DNA from: Azolla caroliniana
Lineage: Eukaryota > Plantae > Polypodiophyta
Length of the DNA stretch: 64,000 nucleotides
Direction of reading: 5' to 3'
Assembly: GCA_043228905.1 (NCBI GenBank)
Contig: JBHGNT010000004.1
Location: 18,414,001-18,478,000 of the forward strand
Shown piece by piece: positions 49,740 through 61,926 of this stretch. Position 1 is the stretch's first letter, and the number at the start of each line of letters is the position of its first letter. Below the pieces are notes generated by a model, which worked only from the letters and a program-made list of their open reading frames with translations, did no database searches and was not told the origin of the DNA. Made by a program: the position numbers and the translations under genes.

Positions 49740-52700
49740 CCACCGTCTTTGAATTAAAAACATCTCTCTCTCTCTCTCTCATTAGTGTATGTTGCCTACT
49801 TTCTCTTGTTTAGCTTAAGCACCCTCTAATCGTCGTGTGCCTATCCCTACGCACTCCTTGTTTCGACCGTTTGGTCCTAGTGAGAATCACACATAATCCG
49901 TGTTGGGAAATCTCGAAAAATCGATGTGACTAGTGTCCGGCAAATCGAGGTTCAATTCGACTAAGTCAGTTGACTGTAGTCACTCCGAACAAGATTCATC
50001 TATATTCGAAACCGACATGATTTGTGCCCAACTCCAGCTATAAGGACATCGAGTGCGCCTGGTTGCTCCACTCCACCATAGTTCGTAGGTGACTCCGGAC
50101 AAAGTCTATTAAACCAACATAGATGGCATCAACATCCGGCTCGTCAGACATGAGTCTAAGGAAATTCAACGGATCGAACTTCAACTTCTAGAAGGAGCAG
50201 ATGTAGGACTATTTAATAGTCAAGGGGCAAATTGACCCCATTGAGAATGAAGACCCTTCAGAAGGATACAAGCCACTTGAATGGGAAAAGCTCGACAGAA
50301 TTGTTCGAGCCACCATTCAAATGCACTTATCGGAGTTTGTGTACTTCACAGTGCAATCGTGTTCAACTGCCCTCCAACTGTGGAAGACACTTTTGGACAC
50401 TTACGAAAAGAATGTCGCCGCCATCAAGATATACTTGATTCGGCGCCTTTATTATCTTGGGATGAAAGAGTCTGACTCGGTCCAGGCACACTTGAACGAG
50501 TACGAAAGCTTATGCTCCCAAATTGCGGCCTAGGGGACGATTGTCGAGGATGAACTAAAAGCAATGCTGCTTATGAGTAGTCTCCCTCCTTCTTGGGAAA
50601 CTTTTGTTACAACCATGTGCAATGCGTCGACAACTGTTGTCAAGTACTCCTTAGTCACGAGTGCAATTCTTATTGAAGCAACTCGAAGAAAATCATTTGC
50701 AAATGATTCAACCAACAATGCCTACATAGTACAAGGTTCGACCGACCGATCGAACAACCCTGGAAGAGAATCTTCACGACAGTTGAAAAATCAGCGAAGT
50801 CGAAGCAAGTCCCAGGATAATCGAGTCTGCAAATATTGCAAGAAACCTGGACACATCAAAGCCGATTACCGTGCACTCAAGGCCAAAAAAGGATAAGGCT
50901 CAATGAGGCGATCAAAAGAGTGGCCGACACGAGGAGATCAACTATGTCGGCTCCACAACTGAGGTATTACCAAATGACCTGAACATACTATTAATTGAGA
51001 ACCTAGTCGAATAAGAAGTTCTGCTTACGATGGAAGAATCGAGCACATGGCTCTTAGATTCGGGTGCGTCCTTTCATGTGACTCCTCATCGATCCCAATT
51101 CCAGAATTACACGGCCCGACATTCCAACTCAGTTCGAGTAGGAAATTCGCAACACTGCGACATAATTGGAATTTGCATGGTAGAGCTCAACCTTGCAGGT
51201 AGCTCTACATTAGTACTATGCAATGTCCAACATGTACCTAAGCTCTCCAAACCACTGATCTCAGTAGGACAATTGGATGAAGACGACATTCATGTTGGCT
51301 TCTCATCAGGAGGGTGGACGCTCCATAGGGGGAATCTCCTGCTTGCTCGAGGCCCGAAGATACACTCATTGTATCCTTTGCACGTCACAATTAGAGAGGG
51401 TGACCTGTTTCTGGCTGACATCCCCGTGTCATCACTATGGCATGGGCGACTCGGACACCTCAGCAAGACCGGCATCACGGACGTACTTAGAGCTGGATAC
51501 ATCCCCAAACTCTCCTTCTCGGATCATCAGTTCTGCGAGCATTGCCAATATGACAAATAGACAACTGCGACACACCCATCATCCACCCCGAGAGAATCAA
51601 GCCCGCTCGATTTGGTCCACTTGGATGACTGTGGTTGTATGCAACATTAATCTCTTGGCGGTGCTTCATACTTCATCAGCTTCATCGACGACTCAACTCA
51701 GAAGGTGTGGGGTTATCCGATCAAAACCAAAGATTGAGTGTTCTCAATCTTCTCTAATTGGCTCACCAAAAACCAGTCCAGCCGAAAATTGAAATGCTTT
51801 CAGACCGATAATGAGGGAGAGTTCAAATCAGAGGAATTCATCAAATTTTGCCGACAACGTGACATAAGACATGAATTTATGGCACCCCACAGTCCGGAGT
51901 AGAATGGAATTGCCGAGCGAATGAATCGGACAATTCAAGAAAGGATAGCTTCCATGCTACAACACTCCGGACTGTCGAATGGCTTCTGGGCAGAGGCCCT
52001 ACTTACGGCAATACACATAATCAATATGTCGCTAAGTAGGCCTCTAGGATTTCGGATCCCTCAGGAATTATGGACCATCAGTAATCCGAATTATGACAAG
52101 CTAAGGAATTTCGGATGTGAGGCGTACGCCCTCATCCCAAAAGATGATCGCAACAAATTTGCACCAAGGTCCAAGAAATGCACTTTCCTTGGTTAAGGAC
52201 CATATGGAGAAATGGGATACTGACTTTGGAACCCCGAACACAGACAGATCGTCCGAAGTTCGGACGTCGTATTCAATGAGTCCGTCATGCATCAATCGGT
52301 TGAAAAGCTGATTGAAGTCCGAATGGCAATTTTCTCCGATGTGCCAACCCTTCATAACACGCAGTCAGCTTCACGGGTAGCTGAACCCTCTAACACTGAC
52401 TCAACAGTGTCCGACATGGCACAACCAAATGACTCGGCTTTGGACCATCTGACCACGACACCCGATGCGACCAGTCCAGTCATACCTCAACGATCCGAGA
52501 GACTGTCACAACCCCCGGAGAGATACTCTCCTGGTATCTTCTTTACGGATGCCGAAGAACCAACGTAATACGAAGAAGCGTCGGCATCAACCGACTCGAC
52601 CACCTGGCATCTGGCAATGGAATCCGAAATGAACTCCATTCGTGCAAACAACACTTGGGACTTGGTCGAATTACTGATGAATTGACGTGCTCTTCCATGT

Positions 52701-53749
52701 AAGTGGTTCTATCGAGTTAAGGAGACGTCTGATTCGGCCACCCTGAAATTTAAAGCCAGATTAGTAGCAAAGGGCTTTCGATAGGAATATGGCCTTGACT
52801 TCGATGAAATTTTTTCACGGTCTGAAACAGGCGTTGTGATAGTGGTACAAGAAGTTTGATCGACTTCTCAAAGAGTGATGAGGACCACTGTCTCTTCATG
52901 AAAACAACTCGGGATGGATCACCCATCTTCCTCATCATCTACGTAGATGACATGACATGCACATCTGAGGTCACCATGCTGGAGAAATCGCCGAACTTGT
53001 TTAGCAACTATAGTTGAAGTTTTCCATGAAGGACCTTGGTCCGACTCGACACACTCTTGGCATGAAAATAAATCGGAATTGGAATAGAAGACAATTGTTT
53101 CTATCTCAATTCGACTACATTGGACGTGTCTTGGAAAACTTTAACATGCAATGGGCAAATTTTGCTTCAACCCCGCTCCCCATTAGTACTCGACTGTCTC
53201 AGCGAGAATGCTTGGCATCTAGTCCGGAGTGGGAGATTATGAAGTCGGTACCGTATGCACCTACAGTAGGCTCCCTGATGTACGTGATGGTCGCGACACG
53301 GCATGACATCGCACACGTCGTTGGAGTCATCAGCAAATTTATACACAATCCTGGTCGGTCGCATTGGAATGAAGTCGAGCATGTGTTCAGATATCTGGTG
53401 CGCACAAAAGACCTTGATATTCTATTTAGCCTGAATGACATCTCAGGCGTAGTTGGATACATCGACTCGGACTTTGTAGACTGCGTAGACAACCGCAAAT
53501 TGACAACCGGATATTGTTTTAAACTTGGCAATGGAGCGATCTCATGGAAATCAAAACTTCAAGAGGGCACCACCACATCTACGATAGAGGCCAAATACGT
53601 AGTCGTGTCCCGTGCGGCAAAAGAGGCCTTATGGCTTGGTTGGCTGGTCTACACGTTTCGACAAGCTGACATTGGCTTGGCTCCAATTGTTTACAATGAC
53701 AGTCAAGTGTTATTTCTCTGTCGAAAAATCCGGTTCATCTCAATGTCCC

Positions 53750-55360
53750 CAAATGAAGTCCTTGGCTTGCCTAAGATACCACCAACAACCCATGAATTCA
53801 TGGCCCAACTACAATTCGAGACATCTTGCGAGCTATTGGATTGGCTCGCCAAAATACTATAGTACGCATCCGACCTACTGGCCTAGGAGCACAAGAATCG
53901 GGAGATCATCCAGAAGGCTATGCTCCGCATGATTGAGTCGAAAAACCAGCAATAAGTGCAAAGAATCCACCGACAATGGGATGTGTAAAATCAGGGTCAA
54001 GAGATTCAAATTCCTCCTGTACGCACAGTCCTGGCCAAAGAACATAGGGAGTTTACCAAAACGAATAGAGTAGCGAAGGACATGGCCGAAGCATGCGAAA
54101 GAGTGACAATGACAGCCGACCACATGCATACATAGTGGTCAACACATAAAACGAGTATTGAGGAATTATTGGATCAACTCTGATAGATGGAAGAGAAGAT
54201 GAAAGAAGCTGACGACCATATGCAAAATTGTGATTTTCTTGCGATCCCGCACCGATTAGACAGACAATTATGGGATCAATTGCGGGCTACCAAGAAGAAG
54301 GTCAAACACGCCAATCAAAGAGCCGAAAAAGCTAAGGCAAATGTCAAGAAAATGGAAGATCGGATACAATTAGAAAAGACCAAGCTAGGGGTCCTACTGG
54401 ATGCCAAGGATGAAACAACAAGTGGAATGATAGACGGAGGAGACGAAGCAAGAGAAGGAAAAGGTTGGTGTGTTGGAGCAGTATGTTTATACACATGAGG
54501 AATATTATGCCGACCAAATGGCCAAATAAGTGCTCGAGAAGTCAGAGACGCATACGGAGTATGAGCACCACAAAGCATAGCTCGATCTGGAGAAAAACAA
54601 ACTAAAGAGGAAGTACAATGCGTCGAGGCCAAGTATGAAGAAAAACGCCTAATACTACTAGTGGCAGAAACGAAGCTAACGTTCGACCAAGTGTTGACGG
54701 AAGCTCGCGTGGGAGAAATGTGAAGAGAATTAGCCACGATGCGATATAAAGTGAGTATGGGCGAGGAAAAAGTGTGCCTCATTTTGTTGGCACATAAAGC
54801 TCGAACACAGAGAATGATGATCGACTCCCAGGAAAAGGCTAGAAGACTTGGTCGGCACACGTGGCCAAAGTGCAACTTCTCCGAACCGACAGTGAGAACA
54901 AGAAGAAGCAAGGCACAAGCGTCTTCAAGATGGATGACATTGTTCTAACCACTGTCCAGGAGGACCTTGCCCGAGATATATATGAGCTTGCTACAAGCCA
55001 CCAAGAAGACATTACATACCTTATGGAGGAATATGACGCCCATGAGATCAACACTACTATACAACTGGATGCATATGAAAGAGAGCGGTGACATTAGACT
55101 AGAGAATTAGGGCCAAACATTGACAAACAACCCTCTCCAAGCAACTCGGGACACATAGTGCCAGTGAACGAAGATGAAGGTGACACAGAGCCGGAGTAGG
55201 CAGAGGTAGAATCAACGCAATGGCCGAAAGCAGAGCATCATAGGGCCGAAACCGATGCTCGAGTGAAAGATGAAACAACATTGTTCGACATCTTCAACGA
55301 AGAGGTAAGTGAAGACAATGAAGTCGATGAACTTGAGGAGGTTCGCAACCAAGAGTAAAG
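53750..55360 (+). pseudogene. Decayed coiled-coil ORF of unknown function upstream of an LTR-like sequence (55374-55396 plus 60078-60501)
   Basis: E/K-rich ORF fragments. The following LTR-like sequence is split at atggg by the 55397-60077 element. Confidence 0.35.
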
Positions 55361-55396
55361 GGCACGGTTGGACTGTGCAAGGTAATGTCTCATGGG

Positions 55397-56017
55397 CTAA
55401 AGATTTTCTGCAACGGTGTGAAAATTGTGTGGAACGAACAAAATCGAGAAGGTGCAATATGCACATGTGAAAAGGGTGATAGCCACACGTGTATGCTAGC
55501 ATGTTGTAAATAGGACTGAAATGAGAATCGTAAAAGAAAAGCTAGATGTAAAGTTAAACATGTGCACATGTGATGTGCGCTCAAACATTTGTAAATATTA
55601 AAATAAGACTAAAGCCTGGTAACATTTTAGTGCATAGCTCAAACATTTGTAAATATTAAAATAAGACTAAAGCCTGGTAACATTTTAGTGCATACAAAGG
55701 GGTGCAAGCAAGGCTTGAAACTGGCACCTCCAAGATAGGAGACAAGTTCACTTACCACTAGAGCTACTATTAAGTGCTTTAGATTTTGTACATTTTCTTT
55801 TCATATTCAGTATTCCATGGGAAACAAATACATAAAAAACCGTGTGCACAAAACCATGGTTTAGACCATGGTTTTGCATGGAGAGACCTATAAAAGCCTC
55901 TCGTTGGGCTTGTGTATAGGGGAAGTTGTGCATTGAATGAAGTGAAACTTCTAATAAAAGATCTAAGCTATATTATTGGTGATGTATCTTGTCTCTAAAA
56001 ACTGAAGTGAAGGGTTG

Positions 56018-56065
<48 letters not shown>

Positions 56066-59000
56066 CATGTATCTATCTATGCTCAATACTTTCTTACTTA
56101 CGCTACTAACAACACCGAGTCTTTCCGATCGAAGACCCCGGTGGTCCCGCTTCATTTCACGAACACATGATGAGATCTCGGGATAACGATGTGAGCGCGG
56201 AGAAGGTTGTCGACCATGTCGTGGAGGTCAACGGTCAATTTGATGGAAGGAACGTTATGAAGTTCCTTGATACATACAAAAGGGAGATGAATCAGAGGGA
56301 CATGTCTGAAGCACGTTAAATCTCAAGTTTCAAGCGAGTTGTCACCAACAACGTCCATAGGCGGGTCATCGAGCTTTGAGAAGGGAAGACAATATCGTCC
56401 GAGTTTGAGAAAGCAATACTAGCGGGGTTCACGACTGAGGATTTGTCGAGGATGACTCGACATGTCTTCATAAAGTGTATAGAGAAGAAAAATAAGAAGA
56501 TGAGCACCTCGAGGGTATATGACGAGTTCGACTAGATGTTTAGTTGTCTCCCCCGGCATGGACGAACAACTACTTGAGGAAGACAAGAATTTGTACTTCC
56601 TGAAAGCTATGGATATGAAGGATAGAAGAGAATTTGGAACTCTCCTCGAAGATGATACCCAAGAGAATGGGCTTAGGGCAGACTAGACTGTTGTAAAGCG
56701 ACCGTGCAACAGGATTGACAAGCGTTGTCATTGGCTTGATGATATTGACTTGGTATGGCTGAGTGTAGAAAAAACAAGACCATCTAAAGAAGTTGAGCAA
56801 CCTAGAAGAAAAGAAGATTGATGAAGACTCGAGGGTTGGAAATGTCACTTTAAGAGTGGACGAGCATTTCAGAACACATGTTGTGTCCGAAATATCGAGT
56901 GATGAATGTGCAAGCATGAGCAAACTTGCGTGATTGAGGGAGATAAAGAGTGCGAGGCCGATGTGATTGAGGAGGTAGCCACGAGAAACGACATCGAGTC
57001 TGAGATGGCTATGGACGAGTCGATGGCGGATGGCCATGTAGAGACTTTCCTAACACCTCATCTAGAGACTTGGGCAGTTGCGTCTGGGAACCAACGTGAG
57101 ACCCAAGAGGCATATGGTGGCAAAGAGGATGAGAAGAACCAAGACAATACAGACAATGACATCGGCCCGAAGATGGCAAGTGAGAGCAACAACCATGGAG
57201 AGGATTCCTCCACACTTGTTTGAGAAACTTCGGCAGTTGCGTCTGAGAGCCAACATGAGACTAAAGAGACGGAAGGTGGCTACGGGGAAGTCCAGGATGA
57301 AGCCAATGAGGATAACAACATCAAGGCAAAGATAGATATGACCGAGTCGATGTTGAATGATGGTGACAAGACTTTTCCCACACTAGTTCCAGAGACTTGG
57401 GCAGTTGCGTCCGAGAACCAACATAAGACCCAAGAGGCTGAAGGTGGCAATGAGGGGAAGTTCAAATCCGATGTGAAAGATGACATCAAGACAAAGGTGT
57501 CAGAGGCAATTGACCAAAGATAAATGTATTCCTTCGCACATGTTTTAGAGACTTCGGCAGTTGCATTTCGAAGCCAACCTGAGACCCAAGAGATAGAAGA
57601 TGATGGTGGGGAAGCGAAGGTCCAAGAAGATGCAAATAACAATGTCGGGGCGTGTCCAAAAAATACATATGGATCTCTCCTCACTCGTTCTAGAGACTTG
57701 GGCATTAACCGATGTAACACTTAAGAGAAGGATAGTGACAACGAAGAAGCAAGGGTTGAAGCTTATGTGTGGGAGGAAGAGGTCAACCAAAGAATAGAGA
57801 CAAAAGTTGATGCGTGCAACAAAGATTCTGAGCAAAGTATGGGAAGGTATGACAATGGCCAAGCGAACCATGAGGATCCAAAGGATGTGATCAAAACATC
57901 TAACAAAGACACTAGTGTAAAGATTGTCAACTCTAACATGAGATTGTACCATGAAAGTGAACAAAGTTAGAAACATAGAGCATGATCGCGTAAGGACCTC
58001 GAAGTGGGCATGCACTTGAAAGTACTACATGGGGTAGTCAATGTCATTATTCAGATAAAGGCTCGGGGAGAAAGACACAAAATAAATATGCGTGATAGGT
58101 CAAAGGGCCTTGAGCAAGGACACGATCGGGACAAAGGTGGAACATGCATAAAACCTAAATGGTTATGCTCAGAAGGAGAACAAGGGGTCATGACAATTGG
58201 TCATGGTAAAGCAAAGAATAAGTGAATAATATGGTGGATGGGTGGTGACAATGGTTCGAGTGAAAGGAATGGACATGCTCGAAATGGACGAATCGTACTA
58301 ATGACCGTTGCCGAAATCTCACACTCTCAGAGGATGTGCAGTTTGGTGGGGGTGGATGTAGTGAAGATTTTCGGCAATGGTATGAAAATTGTGTCGAACA
58401 AACAAAATCGAGAATGTGTGAAAGGGGCGATGGCCACACACTGTCGCGGAAATCCGCACCTGCGAGTCGGTCGAACGGGACCACCGGGGTCTTTGACCAA
58501 GGAGGATGAATCGGGTGACTTGTGCTTGTAAGGAATCGACCGTCGTTTAGGTTTTCAATCGGGCCGTTCTTGTTGTCGAAGATGCTTGTGTGGGTTGACT
58601 GAGAGAAAGAGACAAAGAGAAAGAGAGAGAGAGAGATATTGAGAAAAATATTTACCGCACCACAAAGATGTCGTGACATATATGCCAAACGTCGAGATGT
58701 GTGGGTTACACGTGCGTAGACAATCACCAGCCTCTATCCGCAAGTGGTGATGGAGGATCGAAAGGATCGTTCAAGACAATGGAACGGCGGAAGGACTAGC
58801 GCATGCGAGAAGTATTAAAGTAGATTGATAGATTGATATGGACAGGATGAATTCCCGGTTTGAACTTTTGACTTCAAAGTTGAGATACAAGACACATTGC
58901 CAATGAGATAACCAAGATTTATTAATTATTATTGATTGCATACTTGATTTCCTTTCCCTTCCTCTCCTTCTTATATAGATGCCCCCATGCATATGTGCAT

Positions 59001-60077
59001 GTGAGGGTGTAGTACATGCATACAATGCATGCAATGCATGATTGCCATTTGGTTCTCATGCATCACATGCAATGCATGATGACCATGTACCTCATCCAAG
59101 CTCTCATGTACCAACAATTTGTGTGAAAAGTACAATGAAGAAAATAAGTTTTTAAAGGAAATAACTTAGTCTAATGGTATGTCAATTGCCTCCTATCTTA
59201 GAGGTGTAAGGTTCAAACCTTTCCTTGCACCTCATTGTATGTGTTTGGCTTATTTTATATATTTCTGTAATGCACACCTAAACACACATTACACGTGCAC
59301 ATTCATGTGTTAACATACACGTCTAACCATCACTCCTTTCATACGTGTGCATATTGCATCTTCTCGATTTCCCTCGTTCCACGCGATTTTCATACTATTG
59401 CCGAAAATCTTCACGACAACGCGTATGCTAGCATGTTGTAAATAGGACTGAATGAGAATCGTAAAAGAAAAGCTAGATGTAAGTTAAACATGTGCACGTG
59501 TGATGTGCGCTCAAACATTTGTAAATATAAAAATAAAACTAAAGCCAAGTAACATTTGAGTGCATACAAAGGGGTGCAAGCAAGGCTTGAATAACACCTC
59601 CAAGATAGGAGACAAATTAACTTACCACTAAAGCATTTAGATTTTGTACATTCTCTTTTCATATTCAGTATTCCATAGGAAACAAATACATAAAAAACCT
59701 TCTGCACAGCACCATGGTTTAGGCCATGGTTTTAGCTTGTGGTTTTAACCCGTGGTTTTAGTTCGTGGTTTTAGCCCATAGATTTGCATGGAGAGACCTA
59801 TAAAAGCCTCTAGTTGGGCTTGTGTGGGGGGCAAGCTATGTATTGAATTAAGCTAAAATTCTAATAAAAGATCTAAGCTATCTTATTGATGATGTATCTT
59901 GTCTCTAAAAATTGAAGTCAAGGGTTCAATCTCTCTCTCTCTCTCTCTCTCTCTGTCGCCATCTATCTATCTATCTTCAATACTTTCTCACTTGCGCTAC
60001 TAAAAACATTGAATCCCAACGGTTCAGGACCCCGGTGGTCCCACTTCATTTCGCGAACACAGGAGGATTTCTCGACA
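55397..60077 (+). mobile_element. Non-autonomous gypsy-type element (LTRs ~55397-56186 and 58337-60077, gag remnant, no pol)
   Basis: Long direct repeats. PPT gtttggtgggggtgga is the same as before 1731. A gag-like FDGRNVMKFLDTYKREM lies at ~56240. Flanked by atggg on both sides. Confidence 0.65.
58442..59418 (-). repeat. Solo LTR inserted inversely into the 3' LTR of the preceding element
   Basis: TGTCGCGGAA...TTCACGACA termini. Its reverse complement starts like 58337. Flanks are acac/acgc, and the host LTR sequence resumes at 59419. Confidence 0.75.
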
Positions 60078-60889
60078 ATGGGCATGCGAAGTGTTAGCCA
60101 GTTAGCTACCTACTGTTGAAAGGTCGGAGTCCGACAAGTGTGAAAGACAGTCAGAGTCGGAGTCGATAATTTTTGGAGTCAACAATGTGAACAAGAGTGA
60201 GAAGTCAAAAGAACAAGGATAAAATTAAAAACAGAAATAATATAATTTCGCCCAAGTAAAAAATATACAGTAAGCTAGTTAGAAAAAATTTGTTGTTGTT
60301 CTTGCTGAAGAAGGCAAGTGTAATCTTGGAAGATAGACTCTCAGATCGCCTATAAAAAGGGACCGAGAGCATTGTAATGCTACCGTTCTATATTTGAGTA
60401 ATATAAGTTAGTAGTTTAGTATATTTACTATGCCGACTACATTGTATTGTGTTTGTGTTGTGTGTCGAACATTTGAATACAATTTGTGCTACCTAATTAT
60501 AAACACGTTTGCGTTCACAAGTGGAAGGATCGCGCACAAGTGGAAGGATAAGGAATATTCTGTTTGATTTTGGGGTTTTTTTTGCCATTTCACAAAACAT
60601 CTTGATACTAGTATCACATGTTCTCCAAAACTTGATGAAAAAGTTGAAAATTTCACCATTTGGTAAAATGGAAAAATGCCAAATTTGGGTAAAATATGAA
60701 AAGTAACTTTGTGGATTTTTAAAGAAAAATGACAACTAATAAGTTTTTAGATCTTAAAGAAATCAAAGTAGAATATTTCAAAACAATGAACGTTTTTATT
60801 CCATTCGATAAAATGTTGTCTAAATTTGTTACATATAGTTGCACAACAAATACATTTGGGAGTTATTTGCATGACTATCATCATTCTTT

Positions 60890-61520
60890 TCATGATAATC
60901 ACTACTATAGATAATATACAATTGTGACTCTTCCTCCTCATCTTCTAATGTACCAATCAAATCATTGTCTTCACCAAATGGTATCTCCAAATTTTGTGCA
61001 ATAAATCTTCTTCGTCTTCAATCTGAGATATCTTCTAGACTTGCTAATATCTCTTTTATTATGCATATCGTTGTTGTCCTTATACATCCAACTTTTATTT
61101 GTGTAAAGTCATACATAATGATATCCACCTCATTAATGTCAATGATAGATGTATTACAAAGGTTTTATGCATCATCACGTCCAAAACTTTACCAATGCAG
61201 AATTGGTACCCTAGGTCATGGCCATCTACATGTGTAGCTATTAATATCCTCACCTTGACTTCTTGCAAGTTTCCTTGTCACCTGAGTTATGCTTGTGTTG
61301 TCATCATTCGTTCCAACTATAAAGATCAACATTAAGTAGTGATTGAGAACCACACGAACACTTTATGGACCGTGTAAATGGCATTTACAAGGTTCAATTA
61401 CCATCAACACAATTATTAATAGTTTTTTGTTAATCAATGATGCACATGTTTACCATAAAGTATCTTATTGTACAACATACTTGTTTGCACTATCGATATG
61501 CATCTTTTTCTCTTGTAAAA
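60890..61520 (-). pseudogene. C-terminal remnant of the Sola-like transposase
   Basis: Manual translation gives LQEKKMHIDSANKY, QGNLQEV, DINEVDIIMYDFT and EDNDLIGTLEDEEE. These match LEEKRKHIEAAKKY, QGNLQEL, DISDVDIIVYDFT and EDNALIGTSEDDEEE. Confidence 0.85.
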
Positions 61521-61926
61521 ACAAAGATTTTAGTACGATTCAAGTTCATGTTTAAAAAACCTCTTTTATCTGAAAAACAACAAGATTTTAAACATTAAGT
61601 CGATATGTTATATCGAGTTGATGTAAAAAATAGAGTTTTCATCATAAATCCCTACAATGTATTGAATTATTGCTCAAAGTTTTTTTTACTAGATTTAAAA
61701 AATAATAATAATAATAAATTGTGCTTGAGTTCATCTAGAAAACCATAATTTTCATCACAATTCGATATAATGTATTGAGTTCATGCTTAAAGTAAATTTT
61801 TCTAATTGTTTTCAATTTTGTTTCAATTTTTTTCAATTTTTTATAGTTTTTTATTGATTTTGTTTTATTTTTTAAACATCAATTTGATACATTGTATCGA
61901 CTTGTGATAAAAGCTTTGGTTTTTTC

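Larger units (their letters stand above)
41822..53750 (+). mobile_element. Degenerate copia element D (5' LTR 41822-42155, PBS, duplicated leader/gag, pol remnants; no 3' LTR seen)
   Basis: TGTTGAA...CCCAACA followed by tggcatcagagc. Motifs CKYCKKPGH, WLLDSGAS, MNRTIQE and MKDLG. Confidence 0.8.
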
